From Coniocarpon cinnabarinum (Eukaryota): 44,070 nt of DNA. The first letter of the stretch is position 1. Each line of letters starts with the position of its first letter. Positions 24,051 to 32,946 of this stretch are shown piece after piece. The notes beneath the pieces were generated by a model. It was not told where the DNA came from. It did not search any database and was given only the letters and a program-made list of their open reading frames with translations. The DNA lies in the NCBI GenBank assembly GCA_051942205.1, contig JAVECO010000073.1, forward strand, positions 62,001 to 106,070. The letters are read 5' to 3'. Made by a program: the position numbers and the translations under genes.

Positions 24051-24500
24051 ATGTCGACACGGAAGAACCAAAAAACAATCGAAAATCCCGCACAGGGATC
24101 AAATAGCCAAGCGCAAGAACAGTCAGTCGAATAGCTTGCAAAGAACCTCAAGGAGGCCTATGAAAAGGCAGCAAACAGCGCGGATCAAAGAAAAAAAGGG
24201 CTGGGGGAAGTGGGTGAAATGCTTGCAGATACCAAACGCAGAGTGGAAAATATGATCCACATATCCGATGAAGAAAAAATGATCCACAAATCCAACAGAG
24301 AGAAGGAGGAACACAAATCCAACAGAGAGAACGAGGAATACGCTTTTCAACAACCGAAGCTCAGGAATATTTACCCCGGGTATTCAGACGATGCGATCAA
24401 GAGCGTGGTCACATGGACTAGACGGAACGATCCGAACCAGTTCGAGGCTGAGATTAAGGGCCTGCAATTGACTGAGAAAACTTGGAAGCAATCACGCTGA
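24051..24500 (+). pseudogene. ENP-family small protein, copy 1; in-frame TAG at 24132-24134
   Basis: MSTRKNQKTIENPAQG..QSVE*LAKNLKEAYEK.. runs in frame into ORF 24210-24500 (IYPGYSDDAIKSVV..RRNDPNQFE), which resembles copy 2 (IYPGLETQEIRAKV..LDNPDDFE). Confidence 0.7.
24252..24341 (+). repeat. Degenerate 27-nt (9-aa) coding tandem repeat, ~3.3 copies
   Basis: atgatccacatatccgatgaagaaaaa / atgatccacaaatccaacagagagaag / gaggaacacaaatccaacagagagaac / gaggaatac = MIHISDEEK-MIHKSNREK-EEHKSNREN-EEY. Confidence 0.8.
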
Positions 24501-25604
24501 GGCGGAAGAAACGCTTCTTAGTATGGTAAAGAGTCCTAGCATGGGTGTTTGCTCACGTCCTTGCTAAGGTTCAATCAGTCAGGAGCGTTAGATAGCAAGG
24601 CGAGAATCCTTGTAATACACTACTTGACTATCGATTCGAATCTTCTGCCATGCATCACGGGATGATCTAGTATGTGGTGTATCTTATCCTCAGCATATCG
24701 TCGACGTTATAAATTTTGATAATGTAGCTCTTGCTACTCAAGAAAAGTGCGTGTAATCTGCCAACATAGCAATAGATGGCCTCATGATCCTTTTCCTCTT
24801 TATGTGTTATAGTGCTAATCTAGTCTTGGTGATATTTTGTATGCTGTTTGTTACGAGGAATCTGCTTTATTGGCAACCCTAATTCGGTAGAAATCTGAAC
24901 GTGGCTTTTCTACAGAGGATTAGCTGCAAGTTAGCACACAAGAACCGGCAATAAGCTGCGCGATCTATCCTTGTTTCGAAAAGGACCAAGAGCACTATCC
25001 GATTGCAGAGAGTCCCAAGCGATGTTGCGACGTGTTACTCCGCGCAAAGTTATGGGTAAGGCTCGATCTTGTCCCATGTGAAGGTGAGGTTAGGTGTCCA
25101 TGGGGGCTGAGTGGTGTTGAAGACAAAGGTCCGTAGGTACCACGTGCTCCGATTTTATGACGTCGATACCATTCTACATTCTGACCGAGCACCGATCCTC
25201 ATGCAGATTGCAGGCGTGACAATGTCAAGGGGTCTTCTGAATAACGAAGTGCAAATGAAGGTTTGTGTCTGTGAGCGGACGGAAACACGTCGCCGAATGC
25301 TCCTAAGGTGGTGCATTCGGCGATGTGCGGTCCCGCTTCTCATTTCCCTCTTATGATGTGTTATCTTTTTCCTCAAGAGCTTCAATTGTAGCTGCGATGG
25401 CAAGAAGCGCATGACGGCTCGCAAGACTTCGAGAACTTGACGTGTCTAGATTAGCTGCTAGTTAGAGGGCAGTGTCGCGACAAGCTCCTGGATAGACAGA
25501 GTTAGTGAGGCCACGTCTTCAGAGCACATCGCATCACCTTTCACATTGTCTAGCTGTCTTGCTTTCCGCCCTATGGTGGACGTGTCCAGCGCAAAGACCC
25601 CAGA

Positions 25605-25610
25605 TATAAG
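25605..25610 (+). promoter_or_regulatory. TATA-like box of ENP copy 2
   Basis: TATAAG 95 nt upstream of ATG 25700; similar spacing upstream of copies 3-6. Confidence 0.5.
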
Positions 25611-25699
25611 AATGGTAGATGCCATTGTCTTCCTTAGCTAATTCACCTTCAGCAACTAGTGCGATTCTGGTCCTACATCAAAGGCATCGATTACAACCC

Positions 25700-26131
25700 A
25701 TGTCGCCACCAAAGGACCATAACAAAGCAGTCGAGAACCCTGCCCATGGAGCACTTGCTAGCGAAGCGCGTGCACCGTCAAATGACCTTCTTCAGCGTGT
25801 GAGTAAGCTGCAGCAAGACATGAATAAGGGAACGCAGGCCATGGACGCCACGGAAACAAAGGTAAAGGAAAGAGAGACTGCGTTGTCGAGAATGCGCCAA
25901 GATCTCAAAACCCTCAAGGACAAGGTGGGCGAAATGACTAAGAGAGTCGACGCGGAGGAAAAACTTCGGGAGAAGGAAGATTTTGTGATCGAAACAGCTA
26001 AACGAGTCGATATTTACCCAGGTCTTGAGACGCAAGAGATCAGGGCTAAAGTCGAGCTTGCGAGACTTGACAATCCAGATGATTTTGAAACAGTCTATCG
26101 GCGAATGCAAGAAATCAATAAGAGAATTTGA
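25700..26131 (+). CDS. ENP-family small coiled-coil protein, copy 2 (143 aa)
   Basis: MSPPKDHNKAVENPAHG..; heptad-like middle; C-terminal IYPGL..DNPDDFE. ATG 25700 chosen over 25619 by alignment with paralogue N-termini and by TATA spacing. Confidence 0.75.
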   Translation: MSPPKDHNKAVENPAHGALASEARAPSNDLLQRVSKLQQDMNKGTQAMDATETKVKERETALSRMRQDLKTLKDKVGEMTKRVDAEEKLREKEDFVIETAKRVDIYPGLETQEIRAKVELARLDNPDDFETVYRRMQEINKRI

Positions 26132-26868
26132 CGAAACGAGTAACCGCAAAAACCTCTCTCTCGGTGGTAATCTCGCATTTTCGATGGGTGTTTCGATAGA
26201 TCACAGCGTCAAGGATTGAGGCAGGAATCTTCGCAATACACTGCTTTATCCGTCTACGTTCTCCGCTACGCATCACCGGATGATCAGATACTCGACTTGT
26301 ACGTATTGTCTACGTACTTGTGGCAGTCGTCCGCAACCTGTGACGCGTCAATATGATCCTTCTCTCGAAGATGCCTACAGAGCAGATTGGATGCCACAGC
26401 AAGGCGAATAACCAAGAGACGGGAAAGAACTTCAGTCTTCCATCCCCAAGCCATCCCGCTGCTGGGCCCGCCGCAGGTCACGTGAAGTCGACTTCCGCCG
26501 GCTACAAAGACAGGCAGATGAAGAACGTCATTACCAACGCTGATTGGACCGAGCGAGCCTTACAAAACGACGCCTATCCCGTCATACCGCGCCTGCAATC
26601 TGTTTAAAACTATACGCGCCTCTTTGTTTCGTGGCCCCAGCTGACAGGGTAAAGGCAGTCAAACGTCACAGTATTGGATGACTGAGCTCGGGCCACCAAC
26701 TTGATGACAAGATATCCCGCGCTGCAAAGACTCTCGTCTGCAGCACCTACCTAATCAAGTGGCGAGGAAGACGTCAAGTCTGACACCCAACTGGGAAGGG
26801 ATGGAAGGAATTCCAATCAGCTTGTTGCGTTCTGAATTGGACCCGTGTCAAATTCGCTCACCTAGGCA

Positions 26869-26873
26869 TATAA
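26869..26873 (+). promoter_or_regulatory. TATA-like box of ENP copy 3
   Basis: TATAA 100 nt upstream of ATG 26969. Confidence 0.45.
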
Positions 26874-26968
26874 CGATTCGTGTGATACGCAGTACAACAT
26901 GCTAAGCCTCTTCCCGCGATTTTATACTAGCACACGAAACTCCTACTCCGTGAAAGACTAGCATAATT

Positions 26969-27397
26969 ATGTCGCATTTACACGCAAAGAAAGACAAAGT
27001 CGAGAATCCCCAAGTGGAACATAAAGCAGGAGCGCCGACATGCGCTTCGTCCGTGGATGAAGTGCTCAAGCAGGCCCAGCAATCAGGCAAAAGCAAGGAG
27101 GACCTAAAGAAAGAAGCCGAGAGCGCGCTCCAGGCTATCAACAAACCGGTTGGCCATCTCGGAAGCATTCTCGACCATGCAGAGGAGTTCGTTGAGCCTC
27201 GACCGTATAAACCTGTGCGACTGGCGGTCAAGTACGCCAAAAAACACAACCCCGACCTGGATGAGATGGTTTTCCAGAAAGAGTTGAGGGATAGAATTGA
27301 AGAGGATATGTACGATCCATACGCGACTGCGTTGATCCTCCTGGCCTGTGAGGAAGAGCGAGAGGGAGGATCGTCAGAGGCCCAAAGCTCTTCTTGA
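26969..27397 (+). CDS. ENP-family small protein, copy 3 (142 aa, divergent)
   Basis: MSHLHAKKDKVENPQ.. N-terminus; same size, strand and intronless structure as its neighbours; charged helical composition. Confidence 0.7.
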   Translation: MSHLHAKKDKVENPQVEHKAGAPTCASSVDEVLKQAQQSGKSKEDLKKEAESALQAINKPVGHLGSILDHAEEFVEPRPYKPVRLAVKYAKKHNPDLDEMVFQKELRDRIEEDMYDPYATALILLACEEEREGGSSEAQSSS

Positions 27398-28672
27398 CCA
27401 AGGGAGAAAAGACTTCCACTTGTGACTCACTTATCTCTGGCTCTGTGCAAGACTTCGGACTGGCCATGCGTGCTACAAACGTCGACATGCTTACCTGAGC
27501 TCGGCTCTTTGGAGAAGGAACATCACTTCACTGGACCAGCTTGCGTTTAGTCTTGAATAACAAGCGTCGTTTCAAATGTACATCGTAACATACCTCTTAG
27601 CTTGTCGCCGAGCTGCTTTTGCATGCCAGGGTGTAGTCTCCTAGCTTCAAGCTCAATCCGGCAAGTAGAGCTGCTGTTAGGTCCTTCATCGTAAGTTCTA
27701 CGTGCCTGGTTTTAGGATCTGGTATTAGAACGTGTATGTGCAGCAGCAGCAACAGTGGAGGGGGTACGTAATTTTTATCCATGTGCCAAAGCCAACTCAG
27801 TGCAAGTTTGGACGAAGAGCGACTCGCCATAGACGACATCTGCATCGCACGACGGCCTGGCGCTGTTTGTGCCGACGCATTGGATTGACTGCTGTGGAGC
27901 AAGTACCTCCATCGAAGCATCTACACTGACGTAGTCTTTCGCTAGACGGCTGCTAGGCTTTATTTCAAGACCAAGTTCGACCACGGCTCTTCTTGGCTGC
28001 TTACAACATCACTCTTCCCCACTGTCCTGCGACGTTTCAATAATCGCAAACCAGTGATTTTTTCAAGATCTGGGCTCTCCGAAGTGACGTATGTGATCAT
28101 TTCGGTTGTCTCTACACGCCACGTACGCCATACTTACTTACACCTCTACAGGATCTTGTAGACACTCTTCAACAGCCGCTTGTGCAGTTATTGATCAAGC
28201 AACGCAGGTTCTCAGGAAGCTGAGAAAATGTCAAGTCCGTTACTGCGACAGCACAAGATGAGTGTCTTTGTTGCCTGTGGGAGAACATCATTCCTCGAAC
28301 GGTGCGTCAGCAGCAACGTGTCCCCAAGGTCGTCTTCAAAGTGAAGTCTGACAAGCTATACGAGACCAATTATGACGGCAGCAAAGGGGTCCTAACTTGA
28401 CGCCTGTCAAATATTCACAGTGGAGTTGCAAGGACACAACCCTATCTGTTCAATGTTTGCGGCGTATTGAGCAATATCCTAGAGTGGGACTGCTATCATG
28501 ATCTGGACTCGTGCATTTCCTTCAGCGGACTAATTGGGATCGCTGCGGATCGCTTCGGTGTCTCGAGGCCCTCGCATTGCTCGTGTTGGTTTGTTACGTC
28601 CTCGTGTAAGACTCGTTCAACGTCAGCCAAAACACTGAAAGTTACCAACGACCACGTGTCTCTTCTCGTACG

Positions 28673-28678
28673 TATAAG
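28673..28678 (+). promoter_or_regulatory. TATA-like box of ENP copy 4
   Basis: TATAAG 83 nt upstream of ATG 28756. Confidence 0.45.
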
Positions 28679-28755
28679 TACGTGCAGAGCGCGAAAACTG
28701 CAAGAGCGCGCGAGGATGCAGTTGGAAGAGCAAGTTACAAATCTCTGACACAGCA

Positions 28756-29175
28756 ATGGCAACGACTGCCAAGGAGCACGCCAACCCTTCGCTATCTCAG
28801 GTGCTCGCGTACCGTTGGAAGAAGGTATTCGGAGCCCAGCCTCCAGACCCACTAACCAAAAACCCGCCAAAGAAGGACAACTCCAATGAGATCAACAAGA
28901 CCGTCAAACAACTGGAAAGGTTTTTGAAGCAGCCAGAGCAGCAACAGGCGTACACAGAGCTGCCAAAGAGAAAGACAACGTCAGAAGACGAAGCCGTTCA
29001 ACGTGAGTACTTGCGTCGCGGCTTCGATCCGGGGCAGAAGAAGGTGTTGCTGCAATCCATCGCCAAGACGAGGGAGCAGGAACCTCAGAAATACAAACGG
29101 TGGCTTGATATGGCTCAGGGCTCGTCCAAGGACGCTGGGAGCGGTTTGTCTGGCCAGGCTGCCAACGCCGCATGA
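28756..29175 (+). CDS. ENP-family small protein, copy 4 (139 aa)
   Basis: MATTAKEHANP (variant motif); C-terminus DEAV..RRG..LLQSIAKTREQEPQKYKRWLD aligns with copy 5 DEHKV..KKG..LWTSIKKRKREDPESYQGWLD. Confidence 0.75.
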   Translation: MATTAKEHANPSLSQVLAYRWKKVFGAQPPDPLTKNPPKKDNSNEINKTVKQLERFLKQPEQQQAYTELPKRKTTSEDEAVQREYLRRGFDPGQKKVLLQSIAKTREQEPQKYKRWLDMAQGSSKDAGSGLSGQAANAA

Positions 29176-29583
29176 GACATACACGGTTTATCCGGCGATG
29201 CTGGTGGAGAATCAAAGAAGACGGAACAATAAACGCTTGAAAGATATCTTTTGTCAGTGGTCCGCTTCATGTCTCATGACGTGCTCTGATCTCTATGACA
29301 CTACTGCGCCTGTCCAACCGTACGACCAGAGGACTGTCAGAAGTGCTTGCTGGGAGTCGTGCAAGGTGTTCAGAACTTTGTCAGGCTTATGTCAGCGCTA
29401 GCGCTAAAACACCAACGCAAGCATCGCGCTTCCTAAACCATGAACAGAATACGGCCCCATATATCTATCTTGCCATGTGGTGGACACGTATGATATGGAG
29501 AGCCGTTGATTGCCGTTCCGAGCTTGCCGCAAGACATTTTGCCACAGCGCCGTTTCCGGACATACCTGTCCATTTGGAGTGCG

Positions 29584-29592
29584 TACATAAAA
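29584..29592 (+). promoter_or_regulatory. TATA-like box of ENP copy 5
   Basis: TACATAAAA ~95 nt upstream of ATG 29680. Confidence 0.4.
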
Positions 29593-29679
29593 GCACAGTG
29601 CTCCAAGCGAAAGGTACCACGGGCAGCATTCAAAATATCAACACAAGAAAACAGCGTCCTCCATTCTCTTGACATAGCC

Positions 29680-30210
29680 ATGGCTACTCCAAACCGAAGA
29701 AAGCAGAAGATCGAGAACCCTCCACTGGGCCATGGAGCTCAAGGCGAAAGCAAAGAAGTGGACCCTGATGACTTGCAGAAGAGACAGGAGGATCTTGGCA
29801 AACAGCTCGGAGCCGCCAACGCGGACATGGACAAGCACCTTGGGATGTTGAAATCCATGGAGCGAGAGCTAAAAGGCCTCGTCGGGCGAAAGCCCGCAGA
29901 AGAACCCAGTAAGGAAGCATCCAGCAAGGAAGCACCCAGCAAGAAAGCACCCAGTAAGGAAGCACCCAGTAAGGAAGCCACGGCCTCTGCAGCGCAAGGC
30001 TCGGCGTCTAGTGGAACTGCTTCAGGAGAGCACCCTGAGGACGAACACAAAGTCTATCATATGATGGTGAAAAAGGGGATGCATCTTCTCTATTCGCCCG
30101 AGCAGCTCTGGACGTCGATCAAGAAGAGGAAAAGGGAAGACCCGGAAAGTTATCAAGGCTGGCTTGATAGTATTGATGAGGAATCTCGCGAGCAAGGCAA
30201 TAGCTCCTGA
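29680..30210 (+). CDS. ENP-family small coiled-coil protein, copy 5 (176 aa)
   Basis: MATPNRRKQKIENPP..DPDDLQKRQEDLGKQLGAANA..GRKPAEE..EHPEDEHKVYHMM..YQGWL; clear close paralogue of copy 6. Confidence 0.8.
   Translation: MATPNRRKQKIENPPLGHGAQGESKEVDPDDLQKRQEDLGKQLGAANADMDKHLGMLKSMERELKGLVGRKPAEEPSKEASSKEAPSKKAPSKEAPSKEATASAAQGSASSGTASGEHPEDEHKVYHMMVKKGMHLLYSPEQLWTSIKKRKREDPESYQGWLDSIDEESREQGNSS
29905..29979 (+). repeat. 15-nt (PSKEA) coding tandem repeat, 5 copies
   Basis: cccagtaaggaagca / tccagcaaggaagca / cccagcaagaaagca / cccagtaaggaagca / cccagtaaggaagcc. Confidence 0.9.
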
Positions 30211-31762
30211 TGGTGTTCTTTGAGGAGCTCTTTAGTGCTGTGAGACAGGGCCTGGGCGCCATACACCATCTTCACCCACTTTCTTGACAATTTGTACGAG
30301 TAACAGAAACTGATCGAGTCTATCCCAAACCACCAAAGTTCGAAAACGAGAAAGAAAGGTCGTTGAATGGGCCATCGGAAAGCCGGTCAGATGTTTTAAG
30401 GTGGCCCAACTTCCAGGACGATGGTTTGTACACGCCCCCAATCGCTGCTTGAAGGCGTGAGCTGGGCCTTCGTACTCCATGTTCGTACCTGCTTTCGTGC
30501 GTAAAACGTCGCTGATTGCTGCCCTGAACGCGAACGAGACAAGTGCTTGCCACCAGGCATCAGTGGGTCCCATCTGGCCGTGCTTTTCAAGGTCGCTGAT
30601 AAGTCAAGATTTGCGAAAAGAGTGTATCCAATGGTTAGCCCTTCTCCCAGTCCTCATTCCAGGGAGTAATTCCAAGGAGCGATTGAAGATGGAGCCGATG
30701 AATCTAAATGATAGACAAAGACAAGCTACCATGCATACCTATTATCTCTAGTGAACTGTGCTTGCACCCGATCAGATGTCCTCTCGGTTCGCCTTGAAAT
30801 CCATAAATTTTCAATAACCGTTATACGATGCAACATGGATGCGGTCGGAAATGACAGCTGTTGCGTATGTGCATCCTTCTGCTCTTGTTGCTCATTCCCT
30901 CGACTTAAGCTGCTTCTATCTCGCGGCTTTTAAAGACCAATATCAGCAATGACTGATACCGCAACCACACATTTTCTGCATTGCAAATTGCGACCTCTAG
31001 GCTAGCCTAAATAAACATCCATCAATCAAAATATGCTCGAATCTTCTCGGCGCTACTTGGATTTCGATAAAGTGCGCCAACACGACTAGGGACACGTGTT
31101 TTCAACTCTGAAGATCGACGAGTCGTGGTACGAGGTACTGAGCATTTTGCCAGATCATTGTTTGAGAGCACTGAGACGCTAGCGTAAGCACCGTATTCTT
31201 CTGCGCACGGTTTGGCCCCGATACATCGCCACGTGGCAGACACGTAAGGTATAATGCGCGGATGCAGGGTCATGCCGAGCTTATCGCGGGCCGTCTCACC
31301 ATTACGAAACAATCAAATACGACTTCAGTCCTGACAGGGCTGGCTCCAGATTGAGAGTTTGTAGTTCGTCGTGCATGCATGCAAAGACCGCGCCTGTAAG
31401 TGGATGTGATGGCTGCTGATGGCATTCGAAGGTACTGGCAAAGGACGATTGCATTGGTTTCGCAATATCCAACGCGGTCCTCGAGCACTTCGTGCTTACA
31501 TCTTTCTACGGGCACGAGCTCCATCCATGTATGACACCGCAAGGCTTCACTGTTGTGCAAAAGTCGTACTGATGTCAGCAAGAATCAATACGACTTCGTA
31601 TGGATTACTTTGGATATGACCTACCAGTGTCAGCAAGAACGAAATACGGTAACAATTGTCTTGCGAAGTCGTACTATCGTCAGCCACAGCAAAGTATGAT
31701 TGCGCATACTTTGCGATATCAGAGCCTCGTCCTCGAATAAACGTGTCTGCTTCCATAGTAAA

Positions 31763-31768
31763 TATAAA
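31763..31768 (+). promoter_or_regulatory. TATA box of ENP copy 6
   Basis: TATAAA 106 nt upstream of ATG 31869. Confidence 0.5.
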
Positions 31769-31868
31769 TGCGCCATCCGCAGCAATAATATGGAAGCCAA
31801 CAGAGGTTTAGGAAAACAACCGAATAGAAACAAAATCGACGTCGCCTCCTTGTTTTTAAAGCATTATC

Positions 31869-32319
31869 ATGTCAAACCCTCGCCAAACACAGGAAAGGGT
31901 CGAGAACCCACGACGACCACCACCAGATTCAGACCCTGCTAGGTTACAAGAGAGACAGGAAGACCTTGGCAAACAGCTCAAAGACGCGAACGCGAACGCA
32001 GACAGGCAGCTCGGGCTGGTCAAAGCCTTTGAGCAAAAGCTCAAGAGCTTTGCGGGGCGGAAGCCTGCAGAAGATGCTGGCTCGACCTCTGGTGGAGCTG
32101 CCACGGCTGCTCAGCCGACTGCAGAAGAGCATCCCACCTGACGAACACCTGGTCCATAACCATATGATAAACATGGGATTCCATCATTTCTATTCGCACG
32201 ATGAGCTTTGGAAATCGATCAAGCAGCACAAGAGGGAAAGACCGGAAGCCTACCAAGGTTGGCTTAGCAAACTCCGGGGATCATCTGGGAACCAGCCTGG
32301 GCCATCTGGCCCATCGTGA
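31869..32319 (+). pseudogene. ENP-family small protein, copy 6; one extra base at ~32133-32139 splits the frame
   Basis: Frame 1 MSNPRQTQERVENP..LQERQEDLGKQL..GRKPAED..EEHPT*; the +1 frame continues DEHLVHNHMINMG..ELWKSIKQHKRERPEAYQGWL, collinear with copy 5. Confidence 0.8.
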
Positions 32320-32946
32320 TGGCGCTCTTGAAGGACTGCATTGGTGTTGTTAGACAGGCACCAAGCCGCGTCCATAGTCATGGAAGCATGTCACAAGCTT
32401 TGTATACTTTCTTAAGGTCTTACTTCACAATCGTCAGATATCCTAACAAAGTACCACAGCGTCAGGTGTGAGATAGAGGAAGGCGGAATGTTGGGAGAAT
32501 GGTGCAGCCTTGAGGGTCGTGTCATCTTTTGGCGAGAAACTCATGCATGACGACGGTGAGCTCTGCTTGCCGCTGTACGATTGCTCTGATGCCGTATCAG
32601 CCTTTCCAGCTTGCGTGTTCCAGATTCTTGGCAAGCCTGCCGTGAGAGCAAATAACAGTAATGCATCTTAGTGTCGAAGGCGCGAACTATACCTTACAAT
32701 TCGCACGTGTCTCAAGGACTGACTGCAAATGCTACGCATCGACCTCGTCCTTGAAGAATGAGAGAAGGAGAAGCAGCTAAGCAGCCCGAGGGACAATGAG
32801 ACGTAACGATATTGGGTTACTATTTTAGGAAGTATTCGGATCAAATGTTGCCCAGACGTGCAGACCATGTATCTCGAAGATCTTCCAGGCGACCAGGACT
32901 ACTTGTCTCTTCATTCACCCAGCCCATCCGCCATCATTTACGTGTC

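Noticed and set aside
26353..26607. 84-aa ORF between ENP copies 2 and 3
   Set aside because: No family motif and no recognisable homology; cannot be supported.
29506..29679. 58-aa N-terminal extension of ENP copy 5 (likewise 25619-25699 for copy 2)
   Set aside because: For copy 5 the extension has a non-ATG start and spans the TATA-like box; for copy 2 the upstream ATG is too close to the TATA box. Paralogue alignment places the starts at 29680 and 25700.
29905..29979. Short repeats as a CRISPR-like array
   Set aside because: Eukaryotic, spacer-less coding tandem repeat.
21457..32319. Secondary-metabolite or RiPP cluster (monooxygenase plus small repeat-containing precursors)
   Set aside because: No signal peptides, no Kex2-flanked core repeats, and no DUF3328, PKS, NRPS or transporter gene in the window.
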